DNA of 64,000 nucleotides, from positions 30,169 through 94,168 of the forward strand of contig JACZTO010000001.1 in the NCBI GenBank assembly GCA_022573655.1. Direction: 5' to 3'. Below the pieces are notes generated by a model, which was not told the DNA's origin, did no database searches, and was given only the letters and a program-made list of their open reading frames with translations. Positions 26,103 to 35,209 of the stretch are shown here, piece by piece. Origin of the DNA: Pseudomonadota bacterium. Its GTDB lineage: Bacteria; Pseudomonadota; Gammaproteobacteria; Steroidobacterales; Woeseiaceae. The position numbers were made by a program, and so were the translations under genes. Within the stretch, counting starts at the first letter, position 1; each line of letters starts with the position of its first letter.

Positions 26103-26408
26103 ATGAGTCGAAACACCTGGACTATGGACTATGGGGCATTTCGTGGCTTCTATAGAGATCGTGAGAGCGGTTTGATATTCGGCGTGTGCGCGGGCATTGC
26201 AGATCGTTTTAACTTTCGAATTAGTATCGTCAGAGTCATAGCGGTTATCAGCTTGATGCTGTTTTTCTGGTTGACTGCGGCTATCTATCTTTGCGCAACG
26301 ATGCTCATCAAAAACAAGCCGCTGGTTTACTACGGAGGCGACACAGAAAATGGTTTCTGGCGTACCTACCGTTCAGATTACAGGCATGGCACAGGGAGAC
26401 ATACGTGA
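26103..26408 (+). CDS. PspC-domain membrane protein (short paralogue without the C-terminal zipper)
   Basis: FYRDRESGLIFGVCAGIADRFNF followed by a TM segment. AGGAGG lies 6 nt upstream of the ATG at 26103. Confidence 0.7.
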   Translation: MSRNTWTMDYGAFRGFYRDRESGLIFGVCAGIADRFNFRISIVRVIAVISLMLFFWLTAAIYLCATMLIKNKPLVYYGGDTENGFWRTYRSDYRHGTGRHT

Positions 26409-26821
26409 GGGCCATGGGGGCAACTTCCGAGCGGCGTTTTTACAGAGATGCTGATCGAGCGCTCCTGGGCGGTGTGTGCGCAGGTCTCGCAGGCTACCTG
26501 GGGTTCAATCTGAAAATGACGCGCTGCCTGGCATTCATAGCGTTTCTAATGGCCATGCCGATTGCCGTAATAGGCTATCTTGCAGTCGTGTTTCTGATTC
26601 CGGCTGCGTCAGGCAGAGTCTACGACAGGGCTGCGGAAAGAGAGTATCTGAAGCGCGAAAAAAAACACAAACAAGACAAGGCGCGCGCCGCATCTCCACC
26701 GTCGGCGATAGCGGATGAAGTTCGCCAGCGATGTCGATCACTCGATGCACGTCTTGCAAGGTTGGAAAAACACGTCACATCGAGGCGTTTTCAGCTCGAG
26801 CAGGAATTTCGCAGACTCTGA
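26405..26821 (+). CDS. pspC: phage shock protein C
   Basis: FYRDADRALLGGVCAGLAGYLGF plus a TM segment, and a C-terminal LDARLARLEKHVTSRRFQLEQEFRRL as in E. coli PspC. The GTG at 26405 overlaps the upstream stop (GTGA). An alternative ATG lies at 26414. Confidence 0.8.
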   Translation: MRAMGATSERRFYRDADRALLGGVCAGLAGYLGFNLKMTRCLAFIAFLMAMPIAVIGYLAVVFLIPAASGRVYDRAAEREYLKREKKHKQDKARAASPPSAIADEVRQRCRSLDARLARLEKHVTSRRFQLEQEFRRL

Positions 26822-26849
26822 CTAACAGAATTAGCACAGGGATAAATCA

Positions 26850-27071
26850 ATGAATAACTTTTTCTGGATCGTATGCATTGTCGCGATCGTGTTTGCGGCG
26901 GGGTCATGGGACAAATACATGAAGATGAAACATAGGGGAAAAGAACACGATCCGGAACTTGAAGATTCGCTTGCCAAGATTGATTTGCTCGAGGAGCGCA
27001 TCAGGGTTCTGGAACGCATAGTCACCGAAAGCAAGCATGATTTGGGCAAACAGATCGATAATCTCAGGTAA
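26850..27071 (+). CDS. pspB: PspB-like envelope stress membrane protein
   Basis: 73 aa with an N-terminal TM segment, then LLEERIRVLERIV, resembling the E. coli PspB C-terminal helix. Confidence 0.6.
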   Translation: MNNFFWIVCIVAIVFAAGSWDKYMKMKHRGKEHDPELEDSLAKIDLLEERIRVLERIVTESKHDLGKQIDNLR

Positions 27072-27087
27072 GAGGATTATCGGTCGT

Positions 27088-27118
27088 AAAAAACGCCCGT
27101 CATTGACGGGCGTTTTTA
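27088..27118. terminator. bidirectional rho-independent terminator
   Basis: AAAAAACGCCCGTC att GACGGGCGTTTTT, with an A-run before and a T-run after an 8-bp GC stem. It lies between convergent genes. Confidence 0.8.
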
Positions 27119-27139
27119 CTATGTGATTGTGATTTGAAT

Positions 27140-27511
27140 CTATTTTGAGCGCTGTTTGTAGGCGCGTATCTCGACATTGAATTGCTCCACAACAAGAGTC
27201 ATTTCCTCCACTGCGGCATTGTATTTTTTGTTGAACATTGTGGCGCGCTTTTTTTTCGCTTTGTCATCAGCATCATCCATACCGGTTACGGCGACAATCT
27301 CGTCCGCCTCGATGCAATCCAGATATTCCTGCATCGCGGTCTGATAGGCATTAATTGCCTTAACGCCGACAAACATCTCATCCTGGGAGGCTACGCTGCC
27401 ATCCGGTATTTCGGCAGGCCGGGAAGGGTAATCGCAGGCCAAAACCGCTGGCGCGGAAAGAAAAAATACTGCGGCAAGAACTGTTCTTATCATATTAATT
27501 ATCGTGTCCAT
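27140..27511 (-). CDS. hypothetical periplasmic protein
   Basis: Signal peptide (LAAVFFLSAPAVLAC). No domain recognised. Confidence 0.55.
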   Translation of the reverse strand: MDTIINMIRTVLAAVFFLSAPAVLACDYPSRPAEIPDGSVASQDEMFVGVKAINAYQTAMQEYLDCIEADEIVAVTGMDDADDKAKKKRATMFNKKYNAAVEEMTLVVEQFNVEIRAYKQRSK

Positions 27512-27591
27512 TGGTTCAAGACAGGCATCACCGACGCCGGGAGCTTATGGGTGCAGCGTCAATTTAATCACGTTGCCGATGCAGAGTGAAG

Positions 27592-30096
27592 TCAGGCGAA
27601 TAGCGCCCTGTGAGTATCGGTGCCTTCTGCCTGTGCAAGCAGCAAGTCCAGATAGTTGTCTGAACTCATCGGATTGCCGAATAGCAAACCCTGAACATAG
27701 GTACAACCAAGTTTTTGCAGGCAGCTTAGTTGTGCTTCGACTTCAACTCCCTCTGCGACAACATCGATATTCATGTTGCGACCCATTTGGATTATGGTGT
27801 CGACAATCGTCGCGTCATCCGCATTGGTCACGATGTTTCGAACAAAGGATTTGTCGATCTTAAGGGTGCTGATCGGAAATTGTTGCAGCGCGCTCAGCGA
27901 CGAATATCCTGTGCCGAAATCGTCAATCGCTAGATGCAGGCCCAGGCTGTACAACTGGTCAAGCAATTTAATCGTACGCTCGGGGTTTTCCATTAATGTC
28001 GTTTCTGTAATTTCCAACTCGAGCGAGGTAGGCGATATCTCGTGACCGCGCAAGATCGAGCTTATACGACTCACGAAATTAAGCTGTCGCAATTGTTTTA
28101 GCGATAGATTCACAGATATGCGACCGGGCGGTGATACCGACCTTTGCCAGATTCGGAAATCTTCACAAACCTTGTCCAGCACCCATTCACCGATTTCAAA
28201 AATCAGGCTGCTTTCTTCGGCGATGGGAATGAAATCTGAGGGCAATATCAGGCCACGGTCCGGCTGCTCCCAACGCACCAGTGCTTCGGCGCCAAAGATT
28301 TCGCCAGTCTTGAGGTTGTATTTGGGTTGATAATGCACCAGCAATTCGTCGCGCTCGAACGCCCGTTTGAGCTTGCTCTTTGTCATGAGGCGCTCAACCG
28401 AAGCCTCGTTCATTTTCGGCGCGTACATCGAATAGATGTTGCCGCCGGCGTCCTTCGAGTGATACAGCGCTGCGTCGGCGTTACGTATCAAATCGATTAC
28501 GTTCGCCGCGTCCTTCGGATAGTAAGCGATGCCCATGCTTGCAGTCATGAAGACTTCATGGCCTTGTACGAAAAAGGGGTCGGCGAGGCGGTCCAGGAGT
28601 TTTTGGGCGAGCTCGCTGGTTGCAACGATGCCGGTTTCGTCGGGCTGCAGATCATTAACGATGACCGCGAACTCGTCACCGGCGAGACGGCCAATTGTAA
28701 TGTGCTTTGGCAGTGCTGCTGATAAGCGCTCCGCGACTGTCTCAAGAGCAGCATCGCCGCCCAGATGCCCGAACGTATCATTGATCTCTTTGAAGTGGTC
28801 AATGTCGATATAGAACAGGCACAAATATTTTCCGGCACGCCTCGCCCGGGCAATGCCGCGCTGCAGCAGGTGTTGAAACTGCATGCGATTCGGAATTTTT
28901 GTCAGCGGATCGATGCGTGCCAGGAAGCGGATTCGTTTCTCCGCACGTTGTCGCTCAGTAATATTCTGTGCGGCATAAATGCGACTCGAACTTGATCTAT
29001 CACCGTTGTCAACGACGGAGCAAGTGTATGAAACTGGAATCAACTCGCCAGACTTGCTTTGAAATATGCTTTCTTTCGGCAGGCCAGACGGCGGATCATC
29101 TGCCAGAGAATGCTTGCTTTTCGTCTTGACAATAAAGTCGATAGTCGTGCCCAGGAGTTCGCTCTCCTCGTAACCGAGCAGATGTGTGGTGGCGGTGTTG
29201 ATTCGAGTAATCTTGCCATCGTGTGAGGTAACGATGATGGCCTCATTCATTCCGGACAGAATACTATCGACGTAGTCTCGCGAATGAGTCGTAGATAGCA
29301 GTTCTTGCCGCATATCGTTGAACACGACGGCGAGATCTCCGAGTTCGTCGTCAGCGGACTCAAGCAAGATCTCGCCAAAGTCCGCATCGCGCAATTTCTC
29401 TGCTTTTTCTTTGAACTGCCTGATGCGCTGTGTCTGATTGTGCAGAACCAGCCACACGATGCCACCGCAAAGCAGCAGTGTGGCCAGCGTTCCCGCACCT
29501 GCCCACATGTAACTGACACGCCGACTATCAAGCTCGGCTGTTGCAAGTCGCGCTGCGTAGCTCGCTGAATTCGCACGTAGCGCACCAAGTTCGAAAGCGC
29601 CGGACAATACGCCGATTTCTTCGCCATTTCTAACGACAGGTGATGCGATGACAAGACTCTCGGTTAACCAGGTTGTGGTCGTCGGATCCACGTCCGCAGG
29701 AAAGTCGCCAGCCGTGATGACTTGCTGCGAGTGGTCGGTGTATACAATACCGATCAAGTCCTGGTTGTCGGCCAGGGCGCGATGCAGAGCTTTAACTAAA
29801 GCCGGGTCATCGAATCCAGACAGTGTCGTTACAAGGTGGTTTGCAGCATTGTCCAACTGGGCACGCGCGTGCAGCGTAAAACTGTCCCGCAGCAGCAAGT
29901 CATGTTGCGCCGAACTCGAAGCCACAAGCTGATTAGCCAGCGAACGGTACTGCCCATAAAAAATGGACACCATGATGAAGGACACGGCGACGCCAAGCGT
30001 CACCGCGAGCACTAGCAAGCGCGGAGGTCTGATGCCGATCATGTCATATTTATTATTCGGCCGGAAAACAGCTCTGAGTGTAGCATCCGTCGTCAA
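27592..30096 (-). CDS. membrane sensor with HAMP-PAS-GGDEF(AGDEF)-EAL domains (c-di-GMP turnover)
   Basis: Two TM segments flank a periplasmic region. The GGDEF-domain region reads DIDHFKEINDTFGHLGGD ... RLAGDEF. The EAL domain has EALVRW, DDFGTGYSSL and KIDKSF. Confidence 0.85.
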   Translation of the reverse strand: MTTDATLRAVFRPNNKYDMIGIRPPRLLVLAVTLGVAVSFIMVSIFYGQYRSLANQLVASSSAQHDLLLRDSFTLHARAQLDNAANHLVTTLSGFDDPALVKALHRALADNQDLIGIVYTDHSQQVITAGDFPADVDPTTTTWLTESLVIASPVVRNGEEIGVLSGAFELGALRANSASYAARLATAELDSRRVSYMWAGAGTLATLLLCGGIVWLVLHNQTQRIRQFKEKAEKLRDADFGEILLESADDELGDLAVVFNDMRQELLSTTHSRDYVDSILSGMNEAIIVTSHDGKITRINTATTHLLGYEESELLGTTIDFIVKTKSKHSLADDPPSGLPKESIFQSKSGELIPVSYTCSVVDNGDRSSSSRIYAAQNITERQRAEKRIRFLARIDPLTKIPNRMQFQHLLQRGIARARRAGKYLCLFYIDIDHFKEINDTFGHLGGDAALETVAERLSAALPKHITIGRLAGDEFAVIVNDLQPDETGIVATSELAQKLLDRLADPFFVQGHEVFMTASMGIAYYPKDAANVIDLIRNADAALYHSKDAGGNIYSMYAPKMNEASVERLMTKSKLKRAFERDELLVHYQPKYNLKTGEIFGAEALVRWEQPDRGLILPSDFIPIAEESSLIFEIGEWVLDKVCEDFRIWQRSVSPPGRISVNLSLKQLRQLNFVSRISSILRGHEISPTSLELEITETTLMENPERTIKLLDQLYSLGLHLAIDDFGTGYSSLSALQQFPISTLKIDKSFVRNIVTNADDATIVDTIIQMGRNMNIDVVAEGVEVEAQLSCLQKLGCTYVQGLLFGNPMSSDNYLDLLLAQAEGTDTHRALFA

Positions 30097-30137
30097 ATTG
30101 AAACAAACTTTCCAGTTTGGACCAATAAAAACAACTT

Positions 30138-30539
30138 CTAGGCTTCGCTGTTACGTTTCTCAGTGAAATTGAGCAGTTCTTCATTTCCGGTTGTTTTCAT
30201 GACGCCCTCAACGATGGCACCTTCCGCCACAGCGATGGCCTCCGCGGTTACCGTGCCGCTTATTTTTGCCGAATTCGTAATTTCGACTTTACCGACTGCG
30301 ATAATGTCGCCTTCGACCCGCCCCGCGATGATGATATCGTCAGCTTTGATGGTGCCTTGCCAGCGACCGTTGTGCGCCAGGGTAATGGTTCCGCTGATAT
30401 CGCAGTCACCGTCAACCTCGCCATTAATCAGAAAATCGCCGCTACCTGTAATGACGCCGCTAATCTTGCAGCCATCGTTTATAAGTGTTGCCGCGCCCGA
30501 GGATTTGTCGCGAAGTCGTCTGTTTTTGGCGTCGTTCAT
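30138..30539 (-). CDS. bactofilin (polymer-forming cytoskeletal protein)
   Basis: Repetitive beta-helix pattern ISGVITGSGDFLINGEVDGDCDISGTITL...GRVEGDIIAVGKVEI. Length is 133 aa. Confidence 0.8.
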   Translation of the reverse strand: MNDAKNRRLRDKSSGAATLINDGCKISGVITGSGDFLINGEVDGDCDISGTITLAHNGRWQGTIKADDIIIAGRVEGDIIAVGKVEITNSAKISGTVTAEAIAVAEGAIVEGVMKTTGNEELLNFTEKRNSEA

Positions 30540-30607
30540 ACAGCTGCAGCTCCAATGAGAAAATCAGGAATTCCAGTGCGAATAGTACGCGTAGCCCCGG
30601 GAATTTG

Positions 30608-31039
30608 TTAGTCAGAACGCTGTTTCGCGCTTCTGGACTCATTGTGACTTTTCTTCTCGTTATAGCCGTAGCCAATGGTTTCAATGGACACGAGTACCCC
30701 GCCTTCGAATATCAGGCGACGCATGAGTTTGCGCGGTCCGAAGTTATACACATACTCAATTAATACGACTTCCTGCATGTAGAGTCCGTAGCCCGGGTAA
30801 TGATCAACGGTCACTCCTGGCGACAGAATTCGCCGGCGCGGAATATGGACTCCCCGGAGCGCATGGCCAATCTGACGAATAGTTGCAGGTTTACCGCACG
30901 CAGCGCGAACCTGTGCTTCGTGCATGTCCTCAGTCACTATCTTGTTGCCACAGCGAAAAGCGTGGGCGGGCGTACTGGTTGCCAGTACCGCGAGAAGAAG
31001 TGCTGCAACAAACGAATACTTTCTGAATCTCAAGGTCAC
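30608..31039 (-). CDS. DUF2845-like secreted protein
   Basis: Signal peptide and paired Cys context FRCGNKIV..AACGKP. The family name is from memory. Confidence 0.55.
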   Translation of the reverse strand: MTLRFRKYSFVAALLLAVLATSTPAHAFRCGNKIVTEDMHEAQVRAACGKPATIRQIGHALRGVHIPRRRILSPGVTVDHYPGYGLYMQEVVLIEYVYNFGPRKLMRRLIFEGGVLVSIETIGYGYNEKKSHNESRSAKQRSD

Positions 31040-31196
31040 ATCAAGAACAAAACGATTGTAGTAGACATTACATACTAGACCAGAAAATTCAGCACCGTAT
31101 TGAATAGCGAATATTGGGGTCAGCGGACGCGGGCGGGGTGGTTATGGTAAAACAGCTTGCGGGCTCATTTCGCCGAGCCGCAACCGGGGATTCGAT

Positions 31197-32783
31197 TTGA
31201 AGCAGAATTTTGACACTCGCCTGAGTGCGATAATAACTGCAGGCGGCGACTTGCTATGTGGTGGATCGAAAGGAATTGAGAAAGAGTCGCTGCGCATTCA
31301 CGCGGATGGCAGTTTGTCGGAGCTGCCGCATCCTGTGGGCCTGGGATCAGCTCTGACCAATCGATATATCACCACCGATTTCTCCGAAGCGCTGCTGGAG
31401 TTTATTACGCCAGCATTTGCAACGACCTGGGAAGCGCTGCGCTGTGTCTGCGACTTGCATCAATATACATATTCGCAGCTTGGGGACGAGATGCTCTGGC
31501 CTGCCAGCATGCCGTGCCGTGTACCGACTGACGATGAAATTCCGCTCGCCCAATACGGAACCTCCAATGTCGGACAGATGAAAACGATTTATCGCCGTGG
31601 GCTTGGCTATCGGTATGGTCGTCAAATGCAAACTATAGCGGGCGTGCATTTCAACTATTCGCTTCCCGCCGGATTTTGGCCCGCGTATAAGCAAACGCTC
31701 GGCGATGAACAGAGTGACGTCCTATTTCAATCGGATCAATATCTCGGCCTCATCCGAAATTGTCACCGTATGGGTTGGCTGGTCTTGTATCTCTTTGGAG
31801 CATCGCCAGCGTTATGCAAATCGTTCGCCGGCAAGAACGCGGCCGCAATGAAATCTTTCAATGACGACACCTATTACGAACCATATGGCACCTCATTGCG
31901 CATGAGCGACCTCGGCTACAGCAATCAGAATCAGTCGCGAACCAAAATTTCCCTGAACAGTCTCGATGAGTATGTGCGTGATCTCGCAAACATGATTGTG
32001 ACGCCCGAACCTGCGTACGAGAAAATTGGTGTGAAAGTCGAGGGCCATTATCGACAACTGAACGCTAATTTGTTGCAGATCGAAAACGAATTTTATTCGG
32101 CAGTCAGGCCCAAGCGCGTTGCGGATTCGGGCGAGCGGCCTACTGCGGCTCTGCGTCGGGGGGGCATTGAGTACATCGAAGTGCGGTCACTGGACATCAA
32201 TATCTTCGATCCTTGCGGCATCAACCAAAATACGATGCGTTTCATGGAGGCGTTTCTGATTTATTGTCTGCTGGAGGACAGTCCCAGGCTTGATGACGCT
32301 GGACTCGACGAGATCGCGCGTAACCAAAGGGCTACCGCAAAAAGAGGGCGCGATCCGGATTTGCAACTGCAGCGAAATTCGGTGCCAGTGCCAATCAAAG
32401 ACTGGGCACTTGAAGTGCTGGACAAGGTGCACGCGGTCGCAGAAACCATTGACGGCCACGAAAATAGCGATAGTTATGCGAGCGCCGTACAAAGTATGCG
32501 CAAGCTTGTGGAAACACCGGAGTTGACACCGTCAGCGCGCGTCCTGGCTGAAATGCACCTGGCAGGTAGTAGTTTTTTCGAGTTCGGGCTTGCGATGGCA
32601 GAGAGTCATCGTGATTACTTCGCGTCGATCACGGCGCTTGACGATGCGAAGAATGCGCAGTTTATGGATGAAGCCAAGGCTTCGCTACAGCGTCAGCTGG
32701 ATATTGAGGCTTCTGATGCCATCAGTCTCGATGAGTATCTGGAGCGCTATTTCTCAAACAACGGATCAAAACGGCAAAGGTGA
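31197..32783 (+). CDS. gshA: glutamate-cysteine ligase (type 1)
   Basis: GIEKESLRI..GSALTNRYITTDFSEALLEFITP closely parallels the E. coli GshA N-terminal region. Length is 528 aa, with a TTG start. Confidence 0.9.
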   Translation: MKQNFDTRLSAIITAGGDLLCGGSKGIEKESLRIHADGSLSELPHPVGLGSALTNRYITTDFSEALLEFITPAFATTWEALRCVCDLHQYTYSQLGDEMLWPASMPCRVPTDDEIPLAQYGTSNVGQMKTIYRRGLGYRYGRQMQTIAGVHFNYSLPAGFWPAYKQTLGDEQSDVLFQSDQYLGLIRNCHRMGWLVLYLFGASPALCKSFAGKNAAAMKSFNDDTYYEPYGTSLRMSDLGYSNQNQSRTKISLNSLDEYVRDLANMIVTPEPAYEKIGVKVEGHYRQLNANLLQIENEFYSAVRPKRVADSGERPTAALRRGGIEYIEVRSLDINIFDPCGINQNTMRFMEAFLIYCLLEDSPRLDDAGLDEIARNQRATAKRGRDPDLQLQRNSVPVPIKDWALEVLDKVHAVAETIDGHENSDSYASAVQSMRKLVETPELTPSARVLAEMHLAGSSFFEFGLAMAESHRDYFASITALDDAKNAQFMDEAKASLQRQLDIEASDAISLDEYLERYFSNNGSKRQR

Positions 32784-33665
32784 TCCGTTGGCATACGCGA
32801 ATTCGCGATGCAGTTTCTGCAGGCGTTTGGTCATCGGACCAGCGCCTTTGTCACCGATGACTCGTCCGTCTGCTTCCAGTACCGGTGTCAATTCGCCCAT
32901 TGTGCCGCTGGTGAAGACTTCGTCGGCCGTATACAACTCGGTAAGCGACAGGTTTCGTTCCGTCGCCCGTATATTCTGGTCGGCACAGATGCGCAGTATC
33001 ATTTGTCGTGTGAGCCCAGGTAAGCAGCTGTCTGCGTGCGGGGTCAGAACGTGACCGCCCTTGACGAGGAACAAGTTGGTGTCGTTCGTTTCAGAAATAA
33101 ATCCATTGACGTCAAGCATGATCGCGCAATCCACGCCGGCAACATTCGCTTCGATCGACGCCAGGATGTTGTTAAGCAAATTGTTGTGATGGATTTTCGA
33201 GTCGAGACATTGTGTCGTGTTGCGTCTCGTTGACGCCGTTATTACGCGTATGCCCTCGTCCGAGTAAACCGGCGGTTTCCATTCGGCGAGCACAATCAAT
33301 GTGCAACCTGACTGGTTAAGGCGCGGATTCATCCCCGATGTGACTTTTTCACCGCGGGTTAACGTGAGGCGAATGTGTACGTTGTCGCGCATGCCGTTGG
33401 CTTCCAACGTCGCGAAAATGGCGGAACGCACTTCGTCAGAGGATGGTACATCTGCGAAAGCCAGTGTCTTGGCCGAGTTCTGCAAGCGCTCGAGATGGCC
33501 GTCGAGTGCCGCAATGCGACCGTCGTACACACGCAGGCCCTCCCAGACGGCGTCGCCACCCTGGACAACACTGTCGAAAACCGAGACGGTCGCATCAGCG
33601 CGGAGTCTTAGCTCACCGCCGACATGTATGAGTATGTCGGCATTACGAGGATCATGAAGGTTCAC
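32766..33665 (-). CDS. fold-type IV PLP aminotransferase (branched-chain / D-amino acid / ADC-lyase class)
   Basis: 299 aa, N-terminus VFDSVVQGGDAVWEGLRVYDGRI..HLERL, typical of class IV aminotransferases. GTG start abuts the stop of the upstream gene (TGAGTG). Confidence 0.8.
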   Translation of the reverse strand: MNLHDPRNADILIHVGGELRLRADATVSVFDSVVQGGDAVWEGLRVYDGRIAALDGHLERLQNSAKTLAFADVPSSDEVRSAIFATLEANGMRDNVHIRLTLTRGEKVTSGMNPRLNQSGCTLIVLAEWKPPVYSDEGIRVITASTRRNTTQCLDSKIHHNNLLNNILASIEANVAGVDCAIMLDVNGFISETNDTNLFLVKGGHVLTPHADSCLPGLTRQMILRICADQNIRATERNLSLTELYTADEVFTSGTMGELTPVLEADGRVIGDKGAGPMTKRLQKLHREFAYANGSPLPF

Positions 33666-34406
33666 TCATTTTTCTCCTTCTGTTTCAGCGCGCAATGCGT
33701 GCTCATAGAGTTTTTCGTACCAGGGTCTGCAGACATTCAGCAATTCCTTCAGGTGATCGGGAAATCGGCTTTTGCGTTTATATCGCGTGAACCCGGTACT
33801 TTCGTGTACAGATTGATACCAGTGTGGTGCCCAGACACCATCCTCCGTTTTTGGTCCGGCTTGCCAATGCAACATTCGTGCGTCGAAATCGAGACCGATG
33901 TGCTCACAGAGTTTCTGCAGGACAGCGCGCGGGTCGAGTAATAATTCCTGTGCATCCAGTATAACCGGGCGCTGCCCGGTGCTTCTCAAGTCACTGAACA
34001 ATTTCCATTGTTGTTTCAGACCGGTGTCTGCGAGTTTGGCATTGGGTAACTGGATGTTTAGCGAGGGCAACATTTCCTGCGGGTCGCGAAGCAGAAAAAT
34101 ATTGCATGTATGTTGTAGAAAATCCAGCTCCAGGTCGACCAAATGGTGGGCCATGTGTTTCAGGAATAATCGCTGTGGCGAGATGCTTGCCTGTCGGGCA
34201 AGCAATTCGCGCATGACTATGTTGCCATCGCAATTCATCGTCTTCAGCACTTCGTCGCCGCCCGGGTGATTGGCACCAGTGACACGCAGGTAGTGACCGT
34301 ACAACGGCTCGTCGACCACTTGTACATCCTGCCGCTGCGCAAAGCTGTACATTAGCGCGGTCGAAATATTGCGCGGGCCGGACCACAGACAGATTGGAGT
34401 CGTCAT
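33666..34406 (-). CDS. sulfotransferase-like P-loop protein of uncharacterised function
   Basis: N-terminus LWSGPRNISTALMYSF and 246 aa. It is clearly coding, but the family assignment is from memory and tentative. Confidence 0.5.
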   Translation of the reverse strand: MTTPICLWSGPRNISTALMYSFAQRQDVQVVDEPLYGHYLRVTGANHPGGDEVLKTMNCDGNIVMRELLARQASISPQRLFLKHMAHHLVDLELDFLQHTCNIFLLRDPQEMLPSLNIQLPNAKLADTGLKQQWKLFSDLRSTGQRPVILDAQELLLDPRAVLQKLCEHIGLDFDARMLHWQAGPKTEDGVWAPHWYQSVHESTGFTRYKRKSRFPDHLKELLNVCRPWYEKLYEHALRAETEGEK

Positions 34407-34594
34407 TATCGTCGGTTACTACTGCTAGCTTCTCAGGCTGCAGGATTGTACCGGTCTGGCCGACAGGAGAAAATGGCCGGACACATTGCATTGGCGCCCG
34501 TTTTCCCGGGCTTAATGACGAATTGTTGTGCGTTCCGTCACAAAACAGACGGGATCCGGTGTGACAGACGGGCCAATTTAACTAAACTCACGTC

Positions 34595-35209
34595 ATGTGC
34601 CAGAATTGGCTGGCAGAAGCGACCGGTGACAGTGTTGTGTTGAAGACATTCATGATTGGAACCCTGCTCGGAATAGCGGCTGCGGCCGGCGGGCTGTATG
34701 CGTTTCCGGCGGTTGATCAGCATCGTGAATTGTCGATCATTTCGGTGCTGCCCAATGGTGGAAATACTGAGTCGTTCCACATCAACGTGCCGATGGACAG
34801 GATTATGGTTGGTGCGCCGGGTCAGCACGAGCCGGTGCCGCCCGGATTGATATGGCCCACCGACGAATTGCTGGCAGACGTGCGCACGGAACTGTTCAAG
34901 ATTCGGAATTCTCGTGACACGGTCGTTGGCGTTGCTGTGCGCAATGCGGCCAAAGCTGACACAGTAGACCTGATTGACTGGGTCTTGCATCTGCCGGCCC
35001 GCGGATCCGTATTTGTCAACATGAGTCCTGATGCTATGGAAGGCGGCTATCGCATTGGCAAATTTCGTGCAGGAACACGAGAATTCGCCACGCTGACGGG
35101 AACGATGACGGAAAGCTGGATCGTGGATACCTCGGGTGAAGAAGATGCTCCGGACGGACGCATCGAGCTTTTCTTGCGCTTCGTTAGTGTAAAGGAGCCA
35201 GGCAAATGA
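34595..35209 (+). CDS. hypothetical N-terminally membrane-anchored protein
   Basis: TM segment FMIGTLLGIAAAAGGLYAF followed by a roughly 160-aa soluble part. The antisense ORF (34538-35251) is Arg-rich and looks spurious. The true start may be GTG/TTG/ATG at 34637-34652. Confidence 0.6.
   Translation: MCQNWLAEATGDSVVLKTFMIGTLLGIAAAAGGLYAFPAVDQHRELSIISVLPNGGNTESFHINVPMDRIMVGAPGQHEPVPPGLIWPTDELLADVRTELFKIRNSRDTVVGVAVRNAAKADTVDLIDWVLHLPARGSVFVNMSPDAMEGGYRIGKFRAGTREFATLTGTMTESWIVDTSGEEDAPDGRIELFLRFVSVKEPGK

Noticed and set aside
31110-31150. G-rich stretch (GGGGTCAGCGGACGCGGGCGGGGTGG) upstream of gshA, considered as a G-quadruplex.
   Set aside because: It has only three tracts of three or more G, so it does not meet the four-tract requirement.
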